DNA of 64,000 bases, from assembly GCA_965237415.1 (NCBI GenBank), contig CBDEFM010000001.1, positions 576,001 through 640,000 of the forward strand. Direction: 5' to 3'. A model generated the notes under the pieces. That model did no database searches and was not told the DNA's origin. It saw only the letters and a program-made list of their open reading frames with translations. This document shows positions 10,219 through 20,359 of this stretch, piece by piece (position 1 is the stretch's first letter; every line of letters starts with the position of its first letter). The position numbers and the translations under genes were made by a program. The DNA is from Alphaproteobacteria bacterium (GTDB lineage: Bacteria; Pseudomonadota; Alphaproteobacteria; UBA828).

Positions 10219-10325
10219 GCAGGCGCGGCTGTTCGCAGCGCGGCGCGAGTCGCGCTCCGGGGAGGTGATGCAACTCGAGGAGCGGATCGGGCAGATGCGC
10301 AGGCAGACCGGAGGGGCTGAGGGGC
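10219..10325 (+). pseudogene. ~100-bp fragment of the HlyD gene
   Basis: QARLFAARRESRSGEVMQLEERIGQMRRQ versus QARLFAARRESRSGEVAQLRERIGQMRRQ in the HlyD gene at ~35215-35317. Confidence 0.8.
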
Positions 10326-10522
10326 ACGTGCTGCGCTCGAGCACCGGCGCGGGCGTTGCGAACGAGCGGGTGGAAACCGGACCCGGTCCGCCCGGTCCCG
10401 CCGGAATCGGGCGTTTCCGGCCGAAACCGCTTGCAATCGCCGGAAGGGGACGGCACCTGTCGGGCGGCGATGCGAGACCCGCACGGCGATCTGTGCAGCA
10501 GAACGGAAGGCCCGCGCCCGCC

Positions 10523-11578
10523 ATGTCCAGCCCCCTTGCCGGCATCGCCCGCTTTCCGCGGGTCCGGCTCGGCCACATGCCGACGCCGCTGGAGCCCGCG
10601 CCCAACCTGGGCGCGGCGCTCGGGATCGAGCTCTGGATCAAGCGCGACGACTGCACGGGCCTCGCCCTCGGCGGCAACAAGGTGCGCCAGCTCGAGTTCC
10701 ACTTCGGCGAGGCCCGCGCCCGGGGCGCGGACACGGTGCTGGTCACCGGCGCGGTGCAGTCGAACCTGGTGTGCATCGCCGCCGCCGCCGCGCGCCGGCT
10801 GGGGATGGCGATCCACATCCAGCTCGAAGACCGGGTGAAGGGCGCCGGGGACCTCTATTGCGCGTCGGGCAACCTGCTGCTCGACCGGGTGCTGGGGGCA
10901 ACGTTGCATGCGTTCCCCGAGGGCGAGGACGAGGCGGCGGCGGACGCGGCGATGGAACGGCGCGCAGCGGCGCTCGCGGCCGAGGGCCGCAAGCCCTACG
11001 TGATTCACTCCGCGCCGGACTGCCCGCCGCTCGGCGGGCTCGGCTACGTGCTGGCGGCCGGCGAGGTCGCGGAGCAGGCCGGAGACTTGCGGATCGGCTT
11101 CGACGCGGCGGTCACGGCCTCGGGCAGTGCGCTCACCCATGCCGGCCTGCTGGTCGGGCTGCGGGCGCTCGGCGAGCGGGTGCCGGTGCTCGGCATCTGC
11201 GTGCGGCGCGATGGCGGGCGGCAGGGCGCGCGGGTGGCGCAGGTGGGGTCCGGGCTCGCGGCGATGATCGGCTGGCCGGATGCGTTCGATGCGGGCGAGG
11301 TGGAGGTCTGCGACGCGGTGCTGGCGCCGGGCTATGGGCGGCTCAATGACGCGGTGCGCGAGGCGATGGCGCTGGCGGCGCGCCACGAGGGGCTGCTGCT
11401 CGACCCGGTCTATACGGCGAGGGCCATGGCGGGACTGATCGGCCATGTGCGCTCGGGCCGGATCGCGCCCGCGAGCCGGGTGCTGTTCGTGCACACCGGC
11501 GGGCAGCCGGCGCTGTTCGCCTATGGCGAGAGCCTGGGGCCCTGGCTGTCGGAAGCGCCCGGCGGACGGACGGGCTGA
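10523..11578 (+). CDS. D-cysteine desulfhydrase / ACC deaminase family PLP enzyme
   Basis: PTPLE, KRDDCTGLALGGNKVR PLP lysine, GAVQSN, LLDPVYT, FVHTGG. Confidence 0.9.
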   Translation: MSSPLAGIARFPRVRLGHMPTPLEPAPNLGAALGIELWIKRDDCTGLALGGNKVRQLEFHFGEARARGADTVLVTGAVQSNLVCIAAAAARRLGMAIHIQLEDRVKGAGDLYCASGNLLLDRVLGATLHAFPEGEDEAAADAAMERRAAALAAEGRKPYVIHSAPDCPPLGGLGYVLAAGEVAEQAGDLRIGFDAAVTASGSALTHAGLLVGLRALGERVPVLGICVRRDGGRQGARVAQVGSGLAAMIGWPDAFDAGEVEVCDAVLAPGYGRLNDAVREAMALAARHEGLLLDPVYTARAMAGLIGHVRSGRIAPASRVLFVHTGGQPALFAYGESLGPWLSEAPGGRTG

Positions 11579-11596
11579 GAATACCGGCGCGCCGGA

Positions 11597-12544
11597 TCAG
11601 GGTTGGCGCGGGGCGCCGTTGCCGGCGGAGCGTGGCGCGGCGGCCCGGGCCTCGCCGAGGATCCACTCCCGGAAGGCCCGCAGCTCCGGGCGCTGCCGCG
11701 AGGCGGCGGTGGTGATCAGGCAGCAGCGTTCCGGCGCCTCTTCCTGGCGGTCGAAGAGCGGCACCAGGATCCGCCGTTCCAGCTCGTGGGCGATCAGCAT
11801 GGGGCGTCCGATGGCGCCGCCGAGCCCGCTCGCGGCAGCCTGGACCAGCATGCTGTAGAGGCGGAAGCCGGAGGCGCGGGAGAGGTCCGGCGTGGGCTGG
11901 CCCTGGCGGGCGAACCAGTACGACCAGTCGGCGTCCCAGCCGAGATCGTAGAGCAGCGGCCAATCGGCGAGGTCGGCGGGGCCACGGGGCCGGCCGCGCG
12001 CGGCGAGCAGCGCCGGGCTGCACACCGGCAGCAGCTGCTCCTCGTAGAGCGTCTCCTCGAGCAGCGTGTCCTCGCGCCGTGTCAGCGGGCGCGGGGCGGA
12101 GGTCTCGCCCGAATAGGCGAGCCAGGCGTCGAAGTCGCGCCGCGCCGGGTCGACGCCGCGGTGGTTGGTCTCGAGTTCGATGGCGATGCCGGGGTGGGCG
12201 GCCTTGAACGAGACGAGCCTCGGCAGCAGCCACTTCTCGGCCACCGCCTCGACCGAGACGATGCGCACCCGCCGGGGGGTGTGGCGCTGGCGCTCGGAGA
12301 CGCCGTGGACTTCGGCCAGGATGCGCTGGACCTCCTTGAGATAGGCCCGGCCGCGGCGGTTGAGGCGCACGCCGCGGCGCCGGCGCTCGAAGAGCTCGGC
12401 GCCGAGATGCCTCTCCAGGGTGCGGATACGGTGGGCGACGGCGGCGGCGGTGACGCCGAGCTCCTTGCCGGCAAGGACGAAACTCTGGTGCCGGGCGGCG
12501 GCCTCGAAGAACCGCAGGCTTTCGAGCGGGGGAAGGTGCAGCAC
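11597..12544 (-). CDS. LysR-family regulator, GcvA-like
   Basis: LPPLESLRFFEAAARHQSFVLAGKELGVT HTH plus substrate-binding domain (KWLLPRL, LLPVCSPAL). Confidence 0.9.
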   Translation of the reverse strand: MLHLPPLESLRFFEAAARHQSFVLAGKELGVTAAAVAHRIRTLERHLGAELFERRRRGVRLNRRGRAYLKEVQRILAEVHGVSERQRHTPRRVRIVSVEAVAEKWLLPRLVSFKAAHPGIAIELETNHRGVDPARRDFDAWLAYSGETSAPRPLTRREDTLLEETLYEEQLLPVCSPALLAARGRPRGPADLADWPLLYDLGWDADWSYWFARQGQPTPDLSRASGFRLYSMLVQAAASGLGGAIGRPMLIAHELERRILVPLFDRQEEAPERCCLITTAASRQRPELRAFREWILGEARAAAPRSAGNGAPRQP

Positions 12545-12650
12545 GGGGAAGGTCCAGACGAAGCCCTTTGGCAAAACTCGATTATGTCATCTCACATCGG
12601 CGCGTCTCAGGCAAGCCGGGCGCCGCGGCGGAGCCGCCGGGACGCCGGCT

Positions 12651-12938
12651 CTAGGGGCCGCGAAAGCGCCTGCGGTCGCCGTGGCGCCCGGTGGTCTCAA
12701 TGATGTCGAGGAGGATGCGCCGGACTTCCTCGCAATAGGCCCGGCCGCGGCGGTTGAGACGCACGCCGCGATGGCGGCGGATGAACAGCGCGGCGCCGAG
12801 ATGGCTCTCGAGCATGCGGATGCGGTGGGCGACGGCCGGCGGGGTGACGCCGAGCTCGTCGGCGGCGAGGACGAAGCTCTGGTGCCGGGCGGCGGCGTCG
12901 AAGAAGCGGAGGCAGTCGAGGGGTGGGAGCGCGTACAT
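12651..12938 (-). CDS. stand-alone LysR HTH protein (95 aa)
   Basis: MYALPPLDCLRFFDAAARHQSF...; ends with TAG right after the linker helix, no effector domain. Confidence 0.75.
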   Translation of the reverse strand: MYALPPLDCLRFFDAAARHQSFVLAADELGVTPPAVAHRIRMLESHLGAALFIRRHRGVRLNRRGRAYCEEVRRILLDIIETTGRHGDRRRFRGP

Positions 12939-13055
12939 GGCGTTGCGGCAGTTTACGCAAATCATATTTGGTCATCGAGATAATTCACCTTGATAACGAT
13001 CAGGTCCGCGCCCCTCGTCGATCGCCGACCGCTGCAGGGTCGGGCGGGGGGTTCG

Positions 13056-13150
13056 GGTGGGCCCCTGGGGTCGGACAGTTTGAGGCGGCCGATTTGACCG
13101 GCTTGCGGGGCTGTTCCTCCTCAAAGCGGTTGGGGCTGAGATAGCCGGGC
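13056..13150 (-). mobile_element. IS3-family 3' end remnant
   Basis: GYLSPNRFEEEQPRKPVKSAA is a typical IS3 transposase C-terminus, followed by an IR-like AACTGTCCGACCCCAGGGGCCCAC. Confidence 0.6.
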
Positions 13151-13510
13151 AAGCGCATCGCGTCGAACCGAGCTTCGCACGCCTGCACGCGTTGGAGTGT
13201 CGCCTCCCAGCTATGCTCGAGCTGGGCAGCGATCAAACGGTTGTCCGGATCGCAGGCAGCATAGCGCCACTCGGCCAGCGAGGCCTCGTAGCGGGCTTGC
13301 TGCAGATCCAGTTCAGCCACGCGCTGGCGTTCGCGCAGCTCTTCCTCGCGCATGTGCTCAGCCTCCATCATGGCTTCGATTGCCATGGGCTCCACGACAC
13401 GAATGATCTCCTCGGCGATGGCGGCGTCCACACGAACACCGCCAAATATCTGGCAGCGCTCAAGCCCGAGCTGGATTCGCTGTTCATTGCAACGATAAAC
13501 CGGACTGCCG
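13151..13510 (-). pseudogene. large serine recombinase family fragment
   Basis: VYRC...C..FGGVRVDAAIAEE zinc-ribbon region and QARYEASLAEWRYAACDPDNRLIAAQLE coiled coil. Confidence 0.75.
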
Positions 13511-13714
13511 CGCCGCTGCTCCGAGTGCGCGCGAGGGTCGCTTCCGACGAACGAGCGCGGGGGTCATCGGGAGGGTTGACCGGGGCTGGCGAGGGGCGAT
13601 CGTAAGCCCAAGTATAATTTTCTCAATCAGATAATTGTCCTTTTCTAACAATCCGTTGACAACCTTTTCAGGTGATGGTCTGATTCTCTCAGACCGTCGA
13701 GGACGGTCCGGCCG

Positions 13715-14050
13715 GGGCGGGGATCCCGGGTCTCCAGCCGGCGGTGCGAATGTGATCGAACCCAGCCGTGGCGCCTGCGCGTCCGGGGTGCGGCGGTGCA
13801 CGGGGGACCGAGTGAGCGATGACCGCCGAGCCGAGCCAGGCCGCACCGCGCAGGGTCCGATCCCGGACCGAAGCGCCCCTTTCCAACCTTCCTTCCGCTG
13901 CCGGGCGGCCGGTCCTCTACGGGCCGCACCGGGCGCGGCGCATGTCCTGCCCCGCTTGCGTTGGCGCCGCCTCGGCGCGCGCGCCCTTTCCGCGTGAACG
14001 ATCGGCGCTGCGCCGCCCGTGCCGGCGCGGCGGCGCCGCCGGGGCGAAGG
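13715..14050 (+). promoter_or_regulatory. conserved upstream leader, copy A
   Basis: CCGGCGGTGCGAATGTGATCGAACCCAGCCGTGGCGCCTGCGC aligns with minus-strand CCGGCGGCGCGAATGTAATCGAAGCCAGCCGTGGCGCCTGCGC at ~28700-28742; weaker similarity downstream. Confidence 0.6.
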
Positions 14051-14175
14051 AAGGAGACGATGAGCGATCCACTCCAGGCGACAGGGATCGGGTGGGGGGC
14101 CACCCGCCGCCTGGCGACCGAATTGGTGTCTCGTGCGACCCGTGCGGCAGCACAGCGGACCAACAGGAGGCGGCG

Positions 14176-15054
14176 ATGAAGAACGAATTCGTGACAGCCA
14201 TGGGCACCGGGACTCGCGCCCGGCCGCTTGACGCGCGTCCCGCGGGCGGAGGGCGTTTCACGACGGCGAAGATATCGAGCCTTCGCGTGCTGGGCGCATT
14301 CGCCGCCCTGTTGTTCCTGGCGCCTCTTGTCATAGGGGAAGCTGAAGGAGCCTGCGAATCGAACCATCGACTCAGTCACAGCGAGGTCGACTGCCTTCAT
14401 GCCTGGTGGGACAACACGCCATCCGCGAGCACCGGCGTCCCCGGGGGAAGCACAGTGGCAGCGATCAGTAATTGTTCCATATACGGAACCGTCGTGGCGA
14501 AAATCGACATTAGGCACAGGAGTGATTGGACTTGGCACCTCGGAAACAGTTCCACGCGGAGGGGAAAGTTAGCGTACCATGATATTCGTGGAGTTTCTTG
14601 CTGTAGGGATATCTCAGACCTCTGCCTAAGACGGCAGGTCGAGGCCAACCCAGATGGCAGAATCGTCGTATACAACACCTCCAGCGCTTCATACGATGCG
14701 GTCGACGTCAGCACGCGTATAAAGCGCTACGAGTTCTGCCAGGACAATCCGGACAACATCTACTGCGTTGTCGATCCCAAGGGGGACGCGTACTGGGAGC
14801 CCAATTGCGGCGATCACGACTGCACGATGGGGGACTGCAACTGGCAGTGGAACAAGAGCGACGCAGCGGAGACCTGCACCAAGGAAGACATGGGCTTTAG
14901 CGGGCACAATTTTTGGTCGCCGCAGTGCGACATAGCTACGAATTGCAGAAGCGCGGATGGGTCTCGAAGCGTGCGAACCCGAGTCTTCGTCACACTGTGG
15001 GATATGGATGACCTGCAGAAATGCGATGATCTTCGAGTCAAGCTGAACTGCTGA
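14176..15054 (+). CDS. secreted cysteine-rich hypothetical protein
   Basis: AGGAGG RBS; hydrophobic signal LRVLGAFAALLFLAPLVIGEAEGA; 16 Cys in the mature part; lower GC than its neighbours. Confidence 0.8.
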   Translation: MKNEFVTAMGTGTRARPLDARPAGGGRFTTAKISSLRVLGAFAALLFLAPLVIGEAEGACESNHRLSHSEVDCLHAWWDNTPSASTGVPGGSTVAAISNCSIYGTVVAKIDIRHRSDWTWHLGNSSTRRGKLAYHDIRGVSCCRDISDLCLRRQVEANPDGRIVVYNTSSASYDAVDVSTRIKRYEFCQDNPDNIYCVVDPKGDAYWEPNCGDHDCTMGDCNWQWNKSDAAETCTKEDMGFSGHNFWSPQCDIATNCRSADGSRSVRTRVFVTLWDMDDLQKCDDLRVKLNC

Positions 15055-15094
15055 ACGCGGTCGAAGGCCCCCGAGGCCTGTCGCAGGTGCCCCA

Positions 15095-16618
15095 ATGGCC
15101 GATACGCGTGACACGGGGCAGCCGGCGGTTGCCGGTGGTCTCACGAAGCCCGCCGGCGCCGGATCAGGGCGGCACGGCCGCCCGGCGGGCACGCGGCATC
15201 CGGCGATGAGCCCCGTTCGCGCGCTTGCGCTGGTGCTGCTCACGTCGCCGATGCTGATCCTGTGGCCGGCGGCGGGCCAGGGGGCGGAGAGCGTCGCGGG
15301 CGAGCGCTTGGCGCTCACGCTCGACGACGCCATCCGGCTCGCGCTGCAGAACAACCGGGGCCTGCTCGACGCGCGGCTGCAGCGCACGATCCAAGAGTTC
15401 TCGCTGGAGGTGACGGAGGACCGCTACCGGCCTACGGCGAGCGTCGGGTCCTCGCTGCGCGGGCAGAAGGAGCAGGACGACTGGACGACGGACGTTGTCG
15501 CTGAGACGGGGCTCCGGGTTCGCACCGGCGGACAGGTCTCGCTGCGCTGGTCGAAGCCCCTTGCGGGCCGGGACGACACCGCCGGCATCGTCACCCTCGG
15601 CTTCTCGCAGCCGCTGCTGCGGGGCTTCGGGGCGGACGTCGAGACCGCGTCGCTCCGGGCGGCGCGGCTCGGCGAGAAGATCGGCGTTCTGGCCTTCCGC
15701 GAGACCATCGCCGGCGTCGTCGACTCCACGATCCGGGCCTGGCGCGGCCTGGTGCGGGCCGAGCGGCAGCTCGAGATCGGCGAGGCCTCGCTGGAACGCG
15801 CCCGCCAGCAGCTCGCGACCAACCGGACGCTGATCGAGGCGGGCCAGATGGCCGAGCGGGAAATCCTGCAGAGCGAGGCCGACGTCGCCGCGCGGGAACT
15901 CGGCCTGATCGAGACCCGGAACGGCGTGACCACGGCCAACTTCGGGCTCATCGACATCCTCGACATCGACAGCGCGACCGCGATCGAGCCGGTGCAGCGG
16001 CCCGCCGCCGCGCGGCCGGTGTTTTCGGTGCAGGAGGCCATCGAGGTGGCGCTCAGCCGCTCACCCGACCGTGCGCGGGCGCTCATGGACAAAGAGATCG
16101 CCGAGATCGACCTCGAGGTCGCCGAGGACGACCAGCGCTGGGACCTCTCGTTGGACGCCGAAGCGTCGCGCGGCACCGGCGGCGGCGGCCAGGGGACCGA
16201 CTATTCGGCAGGGCTGCGGCTGACGGTTCCGCTCTGGGACCGCGGGCCCGAGCTCGGGCTGATGGGGGCGCGCGCCGATGTCACGCAGGCCGAGCGCCGC
16301 CTGGTGGAGCTGCGCCAGTCCATGGACATCGCCGTGCGCCAGGCGGTGCACGACGTTGAGGTGGGTCTGAGACGGATCGAACTCGCCCGCCAGGCGCTGG
16401 CGCTCACGGAGGAGAAGCTCGCGATCGAGCGGAGCAAGTTGCAGCAGGGGCTGTCCTCGACCTTCCAGCTCAGCCGCTTCGAGGAAGACCTGGTGAGCGC
16501 GCAGAACGCCGAGGTGGACGCGCTGGTCGACTACGAGAACGCGCTCACGTCGTTGGATCGGACGCTGGGCACGACGCTCGAGACCTGGGGCATCGCGGTC
16601 GAGCAGGTCGGCCGATGA
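15095..16618 (+). CDS. TolC-family outer membrane efflux protein (alternative start 15206)
   Basis: LTLDDAIRLALQNN, FSQPLLRGFG, LTVPLWD; two OEP repeats; signal peptide. Confidence 0.88.
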   Translation: MADTRDTGQPAVAGGLTKPAGAGSGRHGRPAGTRHPAMSPVRALALVLLTSPMLILWPAAGQGAESVAGERLALTLDDAIRLALQNNRGLLDARLQRTIQEFSLEVTEDRYRPTASVGSSLRGQKEQDDWTTDVVAETGLRVRTGGQVSLRWSKPLAGRDDTAGIVTLGFSQPLLRGFGADVETASLRAARLGEKIGVLAFRETIAGVVDSTIRAWRGLVRAERQLEIGEASLERARQQLATNRTLIEAGQMAEREILQSEADVAARELGLIETRNGVTTANFGLIDILDIDSATAIEPVQRPAAARPVFSVQEAIEVALSRSPDRARALMDKEIAEIDLEVAEDDQRWDLSLDAEASRGTGGGGQGTDYSAGLRLTVPLWDRGPELGLMGARADVTQAERRLVELRQSMDIAVRQAVHDVEVGLRRIELARQALALTEEKLAIERSKLQQGLSSTFQLSRFEEDLVSAQNAEVDALVDYENALTSLDRTLGTTLETWGIAVEQVGR

Positions 16619-18390
16619 CGGACGGGCACCCAGGCATCCACGGGAGCGTCCTGGAGAACCTGCTCGACGGGGTGATGGTGGTCGAGCGCGGCGGCACCGT
16701 CACGGTGTTCAACCGGGCGGCGGGCCGCATCCTCGGCCTCTCGCCCGGCGAGGTGGTGGGGAACAGCTTTGCGGCGCACTTCATCGCCCGCGAGGGCTTC
16801 GAAGAGCTCAGCGAGCTGATCCTGGACGCCGTGGCCGGGGAGAGCGAGGCTCGCCGGCAGGTGGTGAGCCTCAATGCCGGCAGCGAGACGCGGTCGCTCT
16901 CGGTGGCGACCTCCTACCTGCGCTCGAACGTGGACGGCAAGCCCGTGCCGGTGGCGCTGATCGCCGTGTTCAGCGACATCACCGAGCTCAAGGAGCTGCG
17001 CGAGACCGAGCTGCGGATGGCGAAGGCGGTGGAGGCGCAGCACACCGAGCTTCAGTCCGCCTACCGGCAGATCGAGGAGCGCAACGCAACCCTCGCCGCG
17101 ACGCTGAAGAAGGTTCAGGTCGCGCGGATCATGGCGACGGTGCTGGTGATCGGGGTGTTCCTGGGCGCCGGCGCCTATGTGTGGCAGCCGCTGGACCTGT
17201 TCGGCGGCTCGTCCGATTCGTCCATGGTCGCAGAGGCCGAAGCCGGCGTCTCGGACGGCTTTCGCATGGTGACGGTCGAGCCTCGGCCGATACGGGAGAC
17301 GATCTCGCTGTCGGGCAAGCTGGCGCCGTGGCGGACGGTCGCGGTGACGATCCCGATCCAAAGCACCATCGCCGCGGTGCACTTCCAGTATGGCCAGGAA
17401 GTGAAAGAGGGCGATCTGCTGGTGGAGCTGGACACCACCGAGGCGGTGCGGAAGCACCGCGAGGTGCAGGTGAAGTACATCGAGAAGCTGGAGGCATACG
17501 AGAACGTCGCGAACTGGGAGAGCGGACCCGAAATGGCCGAGGCGCGGCGGTCGTTCACGCGCGCGCGGATGGCGCTCGAGAACCAGGAGAGGCGCCTCAA
17601 GCGGACCACGTTCCTGCTGGAGCAGGGCCTGATCGCAGCCTCCGAGCACGAGGACGCGGAACGGCAGTATCAGAGCCAGCTTCTGGACTTCGAGGCGGCC
17701 CGCGACGACTTCGAGGCAGCAGGCGCCGGGGGCAGCCGGGAGGCGCTGGACAAGGCAGCGCTGGAGCTCAGTACCGCCGAGGAAGAGTTGGCGGAGCTCG
17801 CCGAGAACCTGGGGAAGAGTCGCGTCCATGCGCCGCTGGCAGGCGTTGTCCTGGCGGCGGCGCGCAGCGGCGGCACGCCGCCCCAGGCTGGCACACCGCT
17901 GAGGGAAGGCGAGGCGCTGCTGAGCATCGGGGACTTCGGCCGCATGGCGGCGACCGCCATGGTGGACGAGATCGACGTCGTGCGAATTGCGGTCGGCCAG
18001 GCGGTGTCGGTCACCGGCAACGCATTCCGCGACCTGAGGCTGAATGGCACCGTCACCCACGTTTCGTCGCAGCCCGACCAACGCTCGCGCGGCGCCTCCC
18101 AGTTTGCGGTCGAGGTGACGCTCGACCCGCTTGAGGAGGAGCAGCGGGAGCGATTGCGCGCGGGCATGTCGAGCAGGATGCGGATCGTCGTCTACCAGAA
18201 CGACGCCGCGCTGATCGTGCCGCTGGACGCGGTGGAGCGCCGCGGCCGGATGCATCGGGTCCGTGTGGTCGACCCGGCGACCCGCGAGGTGAAGGAGCGT
18301 GAGGTGAAGATCGGACCCACCACCATGGATTCGGTCGAGATCGTTGCCGGTCTTGCACCCGGCGACGAGATCGTGGTGCCGAAATACTGA
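16615..18390 (+). CDS. MacA-type periplasmic adaptor (MFP) with N-terminal PAS domain
   Basis: N-terminal VLENLLDGVMVVERGGTVTVFNRAAGRILG...VFSDITELKE (PAS), coiled coil, TM, then lipoyl motifs (GQEVKEGDLLVELD, VHAPLAGVV) and GLAPGDEIVV. Confidence 0.88.
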   Translation: MTDGHPGIHGSVLENLLDGVMVVERGGTVTVFNRAAGRILGLSPGEVVGNSFAAHFIAREGFEELSELILDAVAGESEARRQVVSLNAGSETRSLSVATSYLRSNVDGKPVPVALIAVFSDITELKELRETELRMAKAVEAQHTELQSAYRQIEERNATLAATLKKVQVARIMATVLVIGVFLGAGAYVWQPLDLFGGSSDSSMVAEAEAGVSDGFRMVTVEPRPIRETISLSGKLAPWRTVAVTIPIQSTIAAVHFQYGQEVKEGDLLVELDTTEAVRKHREVQVKYIEKLEAYENVANWESGPEMAEARRSFTRARMALENQERRLKRTTFLLEQGLIAASEHEDAERQYQSQLLDFEAARDDFEAAGAGGSREALDKAALELSTAEEELAELAENLGKSRVHAPLAGVVLAAARSGGTPPQAGTPLREGEALLSIGDFGRMAATAMVDEIDVVRIAVGQAVSVTGNAFRDLRLNGTVTHVSSQPDQRSRGASQFAVEVTLDPLEEEQRERLRAGMSSRMRIVVYQNDAALIVPLDAVERRGRMHRVRVVDPATREVKEREVKIGPTTMDSVEIVAGLAPGDEIVVPKY

Positions 18391-18405
18391 GCGCGGGGCC
18401 CCGCG

Positions 18406-19086
<681 letters not shown>

Positions 19087-19100
19087 GGCATCGGGTTGCG

Positions 19101-20318
19101 ATGAGGCGGTCGGGACCGGCTCTGACGGCTACCCTTCGCGAGGCGGTGCGCAGCCTCTACGGCGCCCGCTTGCGCACGCTGCTGGGGCTGATCGGCATCA
19201 CCATCGGCATCGCCTCGGTGATCGCGATGATCTCGACGGGGGAGATCGCAACGGCCCAGTCGCGCAAGCAGTTCGAGGCCGTGGGCACCGACATTCTCTC
19301 CATCGAGAAGTCCGACGACATGGCGCGCACGGCCTCTGGGCAGGGGCCGGCGATCGGCCTCGAAGGCGCGCTCGATCTCGCGGACGCGCTTTCGACGGTC
19401 TCGGACGCGGCACCCCGGATCCGGTCGCAGGGCAAATTCGGCTATGGCGGCAAGTCCATCGGCTCGGGCTCCCTGCAGGGCGTCTCTGCCTCTTTCCTGG
19501 GCGTCAACAGGCTGCGCGTCGCCGAGGGACGCTTCGTCTCGGACATGGACACAGGCCGCTACTTCGCGGTGGTCGGTGCCGAGGTGGCCGGGTCCATGCG
19601 TCGCCGCAGTACCGGCGAGATCGTCGGCGAAACCCTGGAGGTCGATGGGCGCCTCTACACGGTCATCGGTGTGCTGGCGGACGCGCCGGAAAGCTATGCG
19701 CTGCCCTTCCAGGTGGAAGCGAACCGATCCGTGTTCGTGCCCGTCACCACCGTGAGGCGCACAGACCCGAGCGCCGAGATCGAACTGATCATCGCCCGTG
19801 CGGCGCCCGGCATTCACTACACGGAAGCGGCGCGCGACATCGAGGCCTACTTTGCGGAGCGCACCAGGGGACTCGCGGTCGAGGTCACCAGTGCCGAGCA
19901 GCTGATCGAGCAGATGGAATCCCAGCTCGGGCTGATGACGCTGCTGCTCGGCGCCGTCGGCAGCATCAGCCTCATCGTCGGCGGCATCGGCGTGATGAAC
20001 ATCATGCTGATCTCGGTGACCGAGCGCAGGCGCGAGATCGGCGTGCGGCGCGCCCTCGGCGCAACCCGCGGCCACATTCAGCGTCAGTTCCTGAGCGAGG
20101 CCCTGATCCTGACTCTGGGCGGCGGCATCGCCGGGGTCGTGGTCGGGAACGGGACCGCCTACGGCATCTGCCAGTACTTCGCGTGGGATTTCCTCTTGTC
20201 GCCCACACCCATCGTCGCGGGTGTCGGCGTCTCGACCGTTGTCGGCCTCTTCTTCGGCTTCCAGCCCGCCTATCAGGCCTCACGTCTCGATCCCATCGTC
20301 GCCTTGCAGGGGGAATAG
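19101..20318 (+). CDS. MacB/FtsX-type ABC permease
   Basis: RTLLGLIGITIGIASVI, ISLIVGGIGVMNIMLISVTERRREIGVRRALGA, PAYQASRLDPIVAL. Confidence 0.93.
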   Translation: MRRSGPALTATLREAVRSLYGARLRTLLGLIGITIGIASVIAMISTGEIATAQSRKQFEAVGTDILSIEKSDDMARTASGQGPAIGLEGALDLADALSTVSDAAPRIRSQGKFGYGGKSIGSGSLQGVSASFLGVNRLRVAEGRFVSDMDTGRYFAVVGAEVAGSMRRRSTGEIVGETLEVDGRLYTVIGVLADAPESYALPFQVEANRSVFVPVTTVRRTDPSAEIELIIARAAPGIHYTEAARDIEAYFAERTRGLAVEVTSAEQLIEQMESQLGLMTLLLGAVGSISLIVGGIGVMNIMLISVTERRREIGVRRALGATRGHIQRQFLSEALILTLGGGIAGVVVGNGTAYGICQYFAWDFLLSPTPIVAGVGVSTVVGLFFGFQPAYQASRLDPIVALQGE

Positions 20319-20359
20319 AGTGCTCCTGCGAGGCGACGGCCATAACGCCTGAGAACGGG

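Larger units (their letters stand above)
7677..12930 (+). repeat. large inverted duplication, left copy (~5.25 kb)
   Basis: Identical translations mirror at x to 51747-x (8858/42889, 11597/40150). Outer end GGGTACCGAT at 7677 matches ATCGGTACCC ending at 44070. Mismatches seen only in the LysR-HTH end. Confidence 0.95.

Noticed and set aside
9137-10522. 813-aa ORF suggesting a large fusion with the desulfhydrase
   Set aside because: The N-terminal part is the antisense shadow of the Rieske gene; the real start is 10523 (likewise in the mirrored copy).
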